NCBI GenBank assembly: GCA_040954595.2
Contig: CM082577.2
Location: 1,488,001-1,552,000 of the forward strand
From: Balanoglossus misakiensis
Taxonomy: Eukaryota > Animalia > Hemichordata
Length of the DNA stretch: 64,000 bases
Reading direction: 5' to 3'
Shown: piece by piece, positions 26,322 to 38,804 of the stretch
How positions within the stretch are numbered: the first letter of the stretch is position 1
Layout: each line of letters begins with the position of its first letter
Position numbers and translations under genes: made by a program
The notes under the pieces: generated by a model
The model's input: only the letters and a program-made list of their open reading frames with translations
Database searches by the model: none
Told to the model about the DNA's origin: nothing

Positions 26322-29300
26322 TTTAATTATTGACTTTTCGTTTAACCGCCTTTTGAATTTTATTGGTTTGTTCAACATGGGATCAACCTAAACAAGTTTT
26401 ACTTTTCCTGTTCAATCTATTCATATCTCTCTGTCCCATCCTCTCTCTCTCTGTCCATCTCAATCCCTGCCTCCCTTCACCACTATCACTCTTAAGGAAT
26501 CTGCGCGGACTGAGATGACCGAACCTTGACGCAGTTCGCGGGCATATGAGTGTATCCGCAGCTAAGATTTACTAAGTGATGGCATGTGTTGAAAGGGTTA
26601 GCCGGTAAGCGAGAGAGCAGACCACCGTTGCTGTGGCTGTTTGGAGAAAGATGTCCCCCATCGATGACGTTACTTGCTTTCAACGCCACATACATCACTC
26701 AGTGAGTTCACAGTACTGGCCCGGGCCGTACGTGTTGTGTTGTATTTTCTGAATTGTCGGAAGCGCTCCGCGGGGGCGGGCGTGGGCCCTTGGCAGAATT
26801 TCAGCCGGCGTAAGAGTTTACAGATTTGCGTGGATAAAAAAAAAAACGTAAGCGATTCTTTCGATTCGATTTCACGCTGATTGTTGTAGGGCGCCACTCA
26901 GGGTTGCTTATCAGTTTGATTGCATGCTAGAGGGCGCCAAGATCGCGCATTCTCACGCATTCCTGGCAGTTACCAAAGTGAAAAATTGCATAAGAGCATT
27001 TCGAAGGACAGAGATTTTTTTGGAGGGGGCATAGAACTGGAATTGGGCCAGAGATTCCCACGTGACATGGTTCTACAGTATTGGTTCGATCCACTCAAGT
27101 TGAACGTAAAACTCCAAAAGAACACAGCACAGCGCACAACACAATACAAAATACTAGAACACAAAACAAATTTGATCTTGTCGATTCAACCATCACTTCA
27201 CTGTTTGCATTTTGAGGGCATAAAACTAAATCTACATGGCGGTAAACATTTGGCCCCAACATCAAAATAATTATTATTGTGCATCTTCGACGGAGACCGA
27301 CCCGTCGACGCTTGACCCCAAAACCACAGACCGTTCTCGGACACCCTCTCTCGCGTGTCATCCAAATCGCGCCATCTAGCATAGCAACGACGACAGGCTT
27401 ACGTTTTTATCCACCAATGCTACCGACTGATTCGCTATTGCCAAAGCTTGGCCGCAGACATTGAAACAGAGCTGCGAAATCTGATCAAAATCAAATCGAA
27501 AAGGATACGACAAACGCGCATCCATCTTTCAAAAAGGTTCTGAAGCTGTCAAAGGTGCAAATATCGACTCGTTAGGGTCTGTTTCCTATCATCGAACCTT
27601 GATCTATTCCACGTGAACTTTATCATAGCAAACCGCTCCAAAAGTTAATAAAGTGTGGTGCGAAACGCAGATTTTGCACGTTGTAAGGTTACACCCAAAG
27701 GCGTGCCGAAACTTGAATCCTGATTTACACATTGGGACATTCAAGCTACTGATAATAGAAAAGAACAACAAATGCATTGAGCAGATTGACCAGTCTTTGA
27801 ACTGCGAGGAGGCCAAAAAGTCAATTCGACAAACGTTTCGACTGATACTGTAACAGTCAGGCAGTCTGCATTTGTGTTATCAAAACAGCTAAGAAAAGTT
27901 TAAAACGGACGCAAAACCAGCCCCAGGGTAACACAACTTCGACTGGACTATGACGGTAACAACTATAAATTTGGCAAGACTATTAAATTGACAACTTTTG
28001 ATTGCGATTTCATTTCATTTCTAAATTGGAATTACCAAGCAGTGGTTTAATAAATACTTAATTCCCCCATTTCCTCCGTCGATCGTCAAATGCCCTCGAT
28101 GGTTGGACATGCTTTAGGCTTGTCGTGTGACAACTAATGGCAAATGCCAGACGGAGGAGGAGGGTGATAGAGAGAGAGAAGGGGGGGGGGGACTGGCCTT
28201 GGGACTCCACACAACTTTTAGGGTACCGCCACCAGTGGCTGAATACACCGAAGACTTTCGTTTTTTCCTAGCCTATCTAGAGAGTCGGCGGCGGCGCAAC
28301 CCACGTGTCCTTGACAGATACCCGACACCTTAATGTATTTGTTCATACGTTCAACCGCTGACAGTAACTCGAATCACCGGCAGCGAACATTCCACGGACA
28401 CGGATATGATTTCAGATTACTCGCCATTGTAGCCACTTTGAATCATCACCCACGACAATGATTTTAGACGATCCAATTAAACGCGTGTCTACCTCTTCGT
28501 TTGCTCTAGGCGAACCCCAATTGCAAGACCCGAACGCGGGCAAACAACATTCCCATCCTACATCACACGGTTCGTTTATTCAGCCGACTACAGGCGTCAC
28601 CGGAGATAGCAAGCAAAAAAAAAATCAAAATGTAATTTGTGGCTTCCGGTATGGTACAATACATTACGTGGCTGACGTGGAGAACGATTTGCAGGCGACC
28701 CGCGCCAGACTTTTGTTTCAGTCTCTCTCTTTTTTTCTCCTCTCGTCTGTCTGCTTAGTGTCAAAGCGGCGTTATCAACTCATTAGCGGAGACTATCTTC
28801 TAATAGTTGTGTTTTATTGACATATAATATCCTGTTTGTGGTTGTAGGATTGTTATTTAGTTCCTGTTTCTATTGAAGCAGACCCGAAACCCCGAGTCAG
28901 TCGTGAACACATGTATGTTGGTGACTGACCTCTCTTTTGTTTATCCCATTTTAACTCTCACACGACATTTTTTGTTAAATTCTGAAGACCCAGTTCTTGA
29001 ACAGGAAAGTTTGCCGCCATAATGGTCTATTAGGCGCTTATGGGAAACCCGCGGTATGTTCTTCATCAACGGCAGCTTTACAATAAATCCAGTGTCACCC
29101 GCCGCTGGCGATCTCGCACTCTAGGCCTGCAGCCTTCGTTATATATAGATTTGTCCCGTAATACTTGTCAGCTTCGATTTGGGGTTAACATAAACTTGAC
29201 GAGAAATTGTCTTGTTCTAAAAGTTAACTCAATACCCTCAACGTCTGCTCTTGGAGTTTTATTGGCCATTCATCCAAGACCGTCTGTATTACGCGATTGA

Positions 29301-31335
29301 CTGTGACACCAAACGCCCCCAAGTCAAGACAGCGCCGATGAAATTCGAGACGCCTTGTCCCCAACGCGTTTTCCCCCTCTTCTCTGAATCACACTTTGTC
29401 GACATGGCAACGATGTCCAGCCACACTTTGTCGTCATGGCAACGATGTCACAGAGCGAGACGAGGACGATACGGCCGTGCGTGGCAGACGCTGGAACGCA
29501 GATTCGACACGGTGAACTCAATTAGCGACAATGGTATAGAATGTGCCGACGGGTCGTGAAAAACTCGATATGGGGGGGGGGGGGAGTTAACGAGACTCCG
29601 AAGCGCTCATACGCTATTAATTTACATAAACCCTTAAATTTCTACTCCTACGGTAATTTTTCCATCTTGCTGTCTCGCTGCACTAATAAATAACTCGTTT
29701 ACCGCCTCTCTCTCTGACCCGCGAAATAATCAAAACTCTGTAACGTTTACGTGATCAATTGCGCGACTCAGTTTAAACTCTAGTGTAAATAATTTGATTT
29801 TCATCATATCTAATATTATGATTTGTTGGCCTTGTTATGATTTTTTCCAAATGTGGCGGAGTGATAACTACGCGCATAAACTACTTAGGCCTATGTTGGC
29901 GGTAAATCCCGATGTTGTATTCGGCTACGATAACGCTCCGCCATCCCTCTCGATCACAAAGTATAGCGCAAAATTACGTCAGCAAAATCACCGACTGACA
30001 TGAGACAGGGGCGCCCCCAGGGTCCGATGTGCGTGTGTAATTTACTATCAAGTTTGATCTAGTTCCCTTGACACCATACCTCTTCGGTCGAAAAAAGTGA
30101 TATTTTAATTAGTTCACCTGTAATAGTAGTATCATCGACGTCGACTGGGAAAGCGTCGCGGTCACAAGATCAGGCAACGCTCGCCTGGCAAATTTCCGGT
30201 CGGCTTGAAGCGGTTTGACTGACAGGCGTCGGTCAAGTACGGGCAACATCGCTTGAAAAAAAGCTGTGCGAGGCTCTGCCAGTTGGCGGAATGCCATCGC
30301 TGCACGCCGTGCCGTAAATGACAGGGCTGGCTTCATATGAAAAATATTAACCCCTGTGGGTCTTTGCATCAGCCGCTGTCTCCTTCCAACCAGCTAACAA
30401 CGCTAGTTGAACCCAGACGCAAATATGCCTGAATACAAACATATGACATTTGCAATACATCAACACAGTATTGCGTGTGAGTAAACATTTTGATATTGGT
30501 TTCCTGCTCGAGGTTATGTGATGTTGGAATATTGCGGTGATTCACCGCTGAGAGCGAAACCAGATTGTGTCTGCGCTGTTTTATGCGACGCCGTAGTTGG
30601 TTCGGGGGTCGGGGTGGGGATGAGTGCGGTGGGGGAAGGGCAGGTGTTACGTCACACCTTGCAACCCCAGTCACGTGGCATGACGCATTGCACACAATAC
30701 ATGTACAAGGTGTGTACATTCGAAGAGTGTTTGCTCTGTTTCACATATCCTGCTCAATAAGCGCCAGAATACTAAATATTTCGACAAAAAATAAGTTTTT
30801 AGATTCGTCATTATCACACTTTGAACGCTTCCAACCACTGTAAACAAGTCTTGCACGGGGGACGCACTCCCAACAGACAAACGGCGTGATATGTGCATCA
30901 TGCGTTAGCGGCATCTCATCACGTAATCTTTGCACTGCAAACACTTACACTTGGCAAAATTCCACAACATTGCGAACAAATGGCGGACAACCCAAGACGC
31001 CACATCCTTGGCTATCTCGGATTAAACTTTTACAGGTTCACGCTGATTTTCGCATTCTCTGAAAACCCTGCTTTATGTCAACTGCCGTTCTGGCTTCAAT
31101 CACTTTCCGAGTGCGGTGCCACCCCGTTCTTTGAGACATAAAATGGCGTGTTTTGACTTTGCTCTTGCGATTTACTCGAAATTCAAATCTCACACAGTTC
31201 ATCAGACTTCAGTTATGGTATTGTCAGAGCACACGCTGGAATGAGGAGTCTTCCTCCCTTAAGATTAACAAGGACACCGAAGTGTTTTCTATAAAATTAA
31301 ATTCGATACATCCCCTCCCCATATCTTCGCTTACA

Positions 31336-31350
31336 GACGATGACGATGAC

Positions 31351-31445
<95 letters not shown>

Positions 31446-31473
31446 CGATGACGATGACGATGCCGACGACGAC
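31336..31473. repeat. (GAT)n trinucleotide microsatellite with GAC-degenerate flanks
   Basis: Seen directly; accounts for the poly-D/poly-M/poly-S ORFs in the track. Confidence 0.97.
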
Positions 31474-34400
31474 GCCCCCGCTACCACAATTCGATCGGAC
31501 TCAGAACATCGTGGTTGGTAAAGTTACGTTTCAAATGAATGGGATTCTAATGGCGCTCGGGAACCGCGGGGGTTAATTTGAAAATTCTTCGCAGAATCGA
31601 CACTGGAAATTGACGCTATGGGACGGCGCCCGTTGGGAACAGAATTATGTCGGCGAATATTAGAGAAAGTTGTTCGATACGGCGTCTCCAAATTGCATTA
31701 CCTACATAAGAGCCAATTCTTCCAACCAGACTCAATAAACTGTTTATTTCTCAAGGCTTCATATTTCCAAATTTCATTACCGTCGCGACTAAACGATAAG
31801 TACCTATGAAATTATTTCTCGTCTGATAAATCGGGAAATACCACCGTAAAGCAATTGTGTTAAACGATATGTATTATCATCGCGCACCGTTTAAAATTAT
31901 TCGAACGTCTGAGATCATGGGCACACTCGTGTGAAAAATGTCGTTCGACTCACTCGATGCCAAGAACGTGAAGGAGTCTTTGAGAAACAACAAAAGCCGT
32001 GATGACAGAATGTCGGGATTCGAAGGAGATCTTGAATTTGAGAGGCCTCGGCCATCCCGCGCGACTTTTAATGAAAATTATTCTTGACACTCTGCCTAAA
32101 GTGCGCAGGAAGTGTCAAGAGGCCACCCATTGCAGCTGCGCGGTAAACATAGTTGTAGTTTAATTGCGTTTGTCCAGTGACAGATCGTAGTTCCCGCTGC
32201 ACAATATATGTCAGTGGTACCCGACAAGTATGTAAAAGCCAACCGAAGTGGGTTGATGACTTCACATCTTTCCCGTCTCGCTGGCGCCTCTTTCCCTCAT
32301 TACACCATTTCAAGGCCCTTTCCCCTGTGTTCAGTTTTTTTATATATCTATACAGTGTACCTGACGACACGTCGGCAAAAACAGGCGGTTGCATAACTTA
32401 ATAACAGAGGGGCGGGCAAGAGGCCGTTTCTTGGCCGGTAGTCTTGTGCTATGATTTTTGAGGAAGCTCAAAAAGTCTGTTACTTATAAATCGGCACTGG
32501 AAGGATTTTCTGTGTGCTTGAAAGAAAATAGTCGGTCGCGGCAAGAGTGGGAGAAGAGTGGTCCGTCCCTTTAAAACTGGTTATTGGCAACATAGCGAAG
32601 GAATCTGACACAGTCGGCGAGGAAATGCCAAAACGTCTCTTAGTCGAGCGGACCCAGTATAAGCACCGTTAATTAAACGCCCGACCAGCTTCGTACCGTT
32701 CCGTGGGTCCTAATAGCGTTTAATATTCATTGCGCACACGCCTGAGTAAATTTTATGCTCTCTTTTTTTAAGGTTTGTCGTATAACGTGGTCATAGTTCA
32801 CCAGCCGAGGAAGAAAACTGATACGCGCCCCATGAAGCGATCCTTCCACAAAACTCGCACATGTTTGTAAACTGTCGAGGAGAAATAGTGTCCTAAACGA
32901 GGCAGCTTGAGGGGCGGCAGGGAAAACTTGTGTAGTCTCCGGTATTCGCGATTTTCGGGGGGGGGGGGAGTTATTATGCATGGTCGGTTGCTCACTTTGT
33001 GGCGGGCGATGTGTTTGCTATTGTTGTCTGGCATGGCTGAACTGAGTGCAAATGTTACTCTGGACACGACACGGAACAGTCGGTCTGAATGAAAATGCGT
33101 TAGACCGGGGGAACGGAGAGAGATTTCTCAACAACCGTCAGTTTTGCCGGAATTCTCTTGAAAATGACACCACTCCGTCAACAACCAACCGATGACGAGT
33201 TTCTGTGAGCATTCATAGGAGGCCTGTAACGGTAACCGAAACCAGAAGCCGAGCCCCGAATTCGAAACTCAGCTCAGTACCAAAAAACTCGCCCAAAGTT
33301 AGCAAAACACGAAAAGTATTGAGAATCTTTATAAAGACAAAAAAAATCACCAAGCGACCAGTGGACTATAGGCTATGGCGAAGGTAGAACTCGAGATTTG
33401 ACCGACGTTTAAGCTACTGGTAGTCCGCGCATTCATCACTTGGCGGGATTCACAAAATGTAGCAAAGCGGGTGTCGGTCGGCAGTCGGCGTATCGCTCAC
33501 CGCCGTGGTCGTCACAGATCACGATGTGTAAACAATCGCTGAAAGAAGATGCGAAAGAACATTTGACGCCAACATTGTATAACAAACATAAATGACACGA
33601 ACCACGCCCCCAATGACCTTAAATTCCGACCACCACATCCTTGCAGCCAACGAGCCAGACACATTAAAACATGACGCACCCATCCATCAAACAATATTTC
33701 ATGATTTTTTTAAAACGTTATATTTCCGACACCAGTGATGGGACTGAGAGGGTAGGTTGTTTTGGCATCCGGTAAAAACTCTTATATCGTTATTACTGCT
33801 TTGCATATTCCGTTCTCAACTAGGAGTATTAACCAAGCATACAGTTCTTCAACGTTATCTTACATATTACGCGGCGCGGACGGTCACTTGGCGTACAACG
33901 GCTGTCGCCTGGCAGGTCGCCGAGTAATCCTGCGCCGTACATCCGACCGCAACAACGTAAGAATCCGCCAGATTCTGTGATTACGTCATCAGCGCAGTTC
34001 TCTGTGGAAATTGCGGAGTGTTTTTTATGACGATACAGCTGGCCGATACAAGTCTCGAAGCGTGAATTCGGGGTTGATCTGCGCCAGCCTACAAAACTAA
34101 TAGCATCACGCATGTACATCGCCGTTGATAGAATTTACCATTCCCACGAGTTGGGGTAAGAAAAAGGTCGGCGGGGTCAGGGGTCAACAGGCTAAAACAG
34201 CAGATCACGAACTGTAGCGTTTGAAGACAGAAGTAGGGGAACTACTTCGAGTGTTCAAGGATCTTCAAAGTCTGCCAGGCAACGCCGACCTATCTGAAGT
34301 AAACCCGTCCTAAGTTGTCCAGACTAAGACTCAACGCATACTATTCTAGTCATTTTTCTATTCATTAACTCTATTGAAATCAAACACTTTTATACCCACA

Positions 34401-37400
34401 ACTGTAAACGTATTTTGTGCTGAAGAGCTGGAAAATGATAGCAAGGAGTCCTTTTCCACAATGTGCTTTCCCAATACTTTTAAAAACCAATAAACTTAAT
34501 TCTTTAATTTGAACAGAATAGAGAGAAACATCAGGAAAGTAAAACGGCACGAGAAAGCCAGAGAGAAAAATGTGACTTCGTGGTTAAAGACACTGTGCCG
34601 CTCAGTAGCCTATCGCTATCTGAAGTCAAGTCTTGGGATATTTCGACCGCAAATGAAGTATCTGATTAACTTAAGTGTCCTTTTTATCACGAGAGCCCTT
34701 GAAAAATTATTAAATCAACATAGTTCGTGCCTGTACTACTTTTTTTCGTCGAAAATGCCAGGGTTGGATTGTGGCCCTGTTCGGGGCATTCCTGGTCGGC
34801 AAAACTTCAGAACAGCAGAGATGCACAATTTAAACTTATGCCGCCAGGGGTAAGGGTGTTCCCGATGAAATTCTGTCGGGGGTAATTAAAGGGGCGCGCC
34901 GACCCTTGAGCCGGGTGGGTTTTGAATGTCGCGGCACCAGAAATGGTGGTCAGTCGATCGATCGATCTTAACGCCGGTTGAGTGTACTATATGGAATATT
35001 TGTTTTTTAAAAGAACAAAACACACAAACACATACGCACTATCTTTCAAGCGGCCGCAGACAGTCGATATGGGTGAATACAATGCGCTTTTTTAACATCG
35101 TCTCTCTGTCAGTGTCTGCCGTTTAAGAAAAACGACTGCAGGGTCGGTGGTTCACCGTAGAAACATTTTCCCTTTGACCGAAATCATCAATGAAACTAAC
35201 AGACGGGACCGGGATCCATGGCAACGGCGACTGTTGCAGGGGTTTGCGGGTTTTCCCACGAACACCCGGTGGCATTCTATATTTAGCCGCCGCGCATCGG
35301 ATGAATTACCGTCTGCATTATTCCCGTCCGACAGAAATCCCTCCCCTTCTTCAGAGGGACGAGTTACCCCGTCCAAACAACGAACGCTGTCGAGGCACAT
35401 GGTTACCCAACCACTGGACGTGTAGCGTGTTAGGAATTTGCCTGCCGGGAATTAACAACTACACGACGACGGTGTTCGGTAAACACCGTCCCCGTGCACG
35501 TGCTGACCGGGGCGATATATCACCGGGGTTATAGCACGCCGACGTAACCTTTGCGAAAGTCAGTTTATAATAATTGTACAAGACTGAAACAGTTATACTC
35601 TCCGTTGCGTTTAGGGACTACAAAAGTTAATTCAGCCCGATAATAAGTGATGATGGCGTCGCTAATAAATCAATGGAATGAAAGTACAGAATCTCATAAG
35701 AGGTACGTCCATGCCGTTTGTACTGCACTTTATGCAGGAAGGCATCAAGCAGAACCAAGATCCTGAGAGATCAGACAATGTTATGGTCAAAATAGTTCTA
35801 CATTTAAATTTGACGATACGAAGACCATGTACAGAGTCAGAGTTATGACAAGATCACCCCCTTCTCTGGCTTCCTCCCTCCCCCCTCCCTGTCTCTGCCA
35901 CTCAGTCCTCCCTCACGACCAAGCTCATTTAGCCTGCATGTTTACAAATTCGCTTATTATCTCAAAACGAATTATATTTCGTTATTTGATGACCACGTTT
36001 CCCTTTTCCAGCCAGTACTACAAAGTGGGCGTGTGGAAAGAAAATTGGCTCTTCCTGCCAGTTGAGGAGTTTTATTGATGTCTGTAAATTAACTGCGTGT
36101 TTAGGGGGCTTGTCTGGTGCTGTTTCCCATTGCGTTAAGTTGTTCAACCCCCATTAAGGTCGCTTCAATCTATCCGAGTTGTCTGCAGTGGTTTCTTTAT
36201 CTATAAAGTTGTCTGGAGCTAGACACCGGATACGACAAAATCCACCACTTTGAATTATCGTCGATTGCGTATATCGCGCCCAGACCGGGATGATCGCGAT
36301 GAGAGGAAAGAATTAAGCCACGGGGAAGGACCGCCGGAGGTTTTCAACCGCTTGAAATCAAAAAGAACGGTTCTAAGACCATGACAAGGTCCCCAGCCAC
36401 GCTCTGCATGCTGGTCCTCCCGACGCACGCCACATTTCACTCAACTGATAGCAAAGCAATCGACGCCATCTGCGTCGCGAGACTAACCCTTACAAGATAC
36501 AAACGCAACTATATACGCAGGATGACGTACACACATTATCATCATGTTTAACATTTGCGATCGATTTAATACTATGCAGCGACTATATACAAAATATGAG
36601 AAATGAATCCAGTAAATGTAAAATGTATAACAATTGAACACAGCATCGGCTTGCTATAGCTGTACAGAGACTGCACTACTAAATATCAAAGTATCGAGCC
36701 GTGTATATTGCTTACGTTTCAAGCTGAATCCATTAAGTTTTGAGAGTGAAGTAATTCTTTGAATCTGTATGCTCCATTCGCCCTTTCAACTGACAATGGG
36801 TTGTCTGAGATCAGCACAACGCTGACGACCAAATCAACTCTAAGTTCAATGTATACGTGATTTCTACTCTTAATCCGTGTATTCAAACAGCAATTTGTGA
36901 TATATAACTGTCTATTTATAACCAGACGTTAAACGTCTATTATTACTAGCTAACTACTCACTTCTATAGACGTTAAACGTCTACAATATTCTTTTCACCA
37001 TTGTACTACAACAGGTGCCGACAAAGTTCAACTTGATCTTGCATGGTCAGTTAAGGACAAACTGAATTCCTTATTGAAACTTGCTTTGCATTATATTTTC
37101 ACACAACTTCTAATTTTTATCTTCCGTTCATACTACAGTTGTTCGCTCGCATGCGTTAGTAACGTATGCTTGTACATATTTTCAAACTGTGAATATCATT
37201 TTGTTCAAAATGCCTCTTTTCAGAACTACATTGCTTTGCTTATTGATGTGCTTTTATCCCCTTGTTGAATACAGACTGGTGACGTTTTCTTTTTGTGGTA
37301 ATTTTCTGGTGTTTACTGAGCATGCTCATGATTTTTAGCCTTGAAGGATTCATCATGCGCCCCACTGTACCTGACATATATGGGCTCCATGTCCATGGCA

Positions 37401-38015
37401 CTGCACATCATCTTACTAACATATATAGTCTTTTGGTGAGTTCAATGACACTGTTGACTAAACGTATCTAATGACTGCCTGAAAGCTACGTGAAAAGCAA
37501 CAGCTACCGAAACTTTACAAGCATACAAGGTCCGTCGCTCAAAGACGCTAAAATCTGACTCTTCGCCAGTTCAAACACCTCACGTACAACAAAATAGATA
37601 CAAATGTACAGCAATTTCATGATCTTGTTACCAGGCGAGCACGGTCTGTTTGTTTATAACCGTCCATGTATCTGTTCTCCATCAAATGACGGGGAATCTC
37701 TGCACTGTGTCCTACGCGATTTCACTCCAAACTTTTCACGTCAAAAGCGGAAGCAGATAACAAGAACTGTAAATACGATACAAAAATGCTTATTTTAGAC
37801 TAGGTGACATCTAGAAATGGTTTGTGAAAACGAATTGACTTACAAAGCGATTTCACGTACTCTTTGTCTGTAAGACGGTGTGTACATATGGCAAAATCTC
37901 AATGTACCTTTTTTGACAACTCACTTAAACGTGCTCTTCCGTCTGGTCGCGATCGACGCTAGTAAAACAGGTAAATGTTACGTTTGAAAGATCTCCTTGT
38001 GTAATATCGCGGCTG

Positions 38016-38804
38016 TTACTTCTTTTCTTTGCATTTACACGTACATTCCGAAGTTACTGGATAAGGTACTTTAATCCAATCACACTTCTTCTTCCTCTTC
38101 TTCTTGGAGCCCTTCTTCTCGCCGTCTTTGGTTCCCCTCTTCTCGCGAGACGGGGTGATATCGGGCGGACCTTGTTTGGATTTCCCTTTGCTTCCCCGGC
38201 AGTGCCAGAACAGCAGCTGTAGCTCGGAGATTTTGCCGGGCTCGCACGCCATTCCCTCCGGCCAAGAGCAGTTCTGGTCGGCGCACTGACCGTCTTTGAT
38301 CCACCGCGGCCAGAACAGTTTCCCCACGAACGTCCAGCGGTACTGGACGGGGCACGCCGCCTTGCGCGCCAGCCAGGCCTGCATCTGTTCCACGGTCTGT
38401 TCGTCCATGGTCACCGTCTCCCCTTCGTCGTTCACGTAGCTGAAGTCGAGCCCGGCGGCTTGCTGTCTCAGGGACTCGGGCACGGCCGTCGACAGTTGCG
38501 CCAGCTGCTCGTCGGGCTCGTCCACCGACATCCACTCCCGATCGAAGTCTCTCCCCAGTTTCTTCTCCAGTTTCTTGGTGCGCAGGTCCTTCGCCTTGGG
38601 CTCGAGCTTGGGGTCCAGCTCCGGCCACCAGAATGTCCTGTTGTTGACCTTCAGGATTGGCGGATCTCGGGACCCGTACAACTGTCTCAAGGATTCCAGA
38701 GTCTTATCTTCGGTGGTGGCCGCACCGCCGGCGTTCACACGTGACACACAGGCCCAATAGCACAGACAGACGATCGTGAAAGCACACGCGTTTCTCCGTG
38801 TCAT
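38016..38804 (-). CDS. Noggin-like protein (noggin domain with an insertion between Cys5 and Cys6), 262 aa, single coding exon
   Basis: ATG at 38804 (the track's 38813 start is GTG). Signal peptide MTRRNACAFTIVCLCYWACVSRVNA. Motifs DPKLEPKAKDL..LEKKLGRDFDREWMS, WLARKAACPVQYRWTFVGKLFWPRWIKDGQC, CSWPEGMACEP, WHC-[38-aa K/R-rich insert]-CDWIKVPYPVTSECTCKC. Confidence 0.92.
   Translation of the reverse strand: MTRRNACAFTIVCLCYWACVSRVNAGGAATTEDKTLESLRQLYGSRDPPILKVNNRTFWWPELDPKLEPKAKDLRTKKLEKKLGRDFDREWMSVDEPDEQLAQLSTAVPESLRQQAAGLDFSYVNDEGETVTMDEQTVEQMQAWLARKAACPVQYRWTFVGKLFWPRWIKDGQCADQNCSWPEGMACEPGKISELQLLFWHCRGSKGKSKQGPPDITPSREKRGTKDGEKKGSKKKRKKKCDWIKVPYPVTSECTCKCKEKK

Noticed and set aside
31153-31576. 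Poly-Asp, poly-Met and poly-Ser ORFs
   Set aside because: Translations of the (GAT)n microsatellite; no splice or codon support.
19800-36000. Hidden protein-coding gene between the two noggins
   Set aside because: The many 60-130 aa ORFs show no recognisable domains, and I could not build a coherent exon chain. A lncRNA cannot be excluded.
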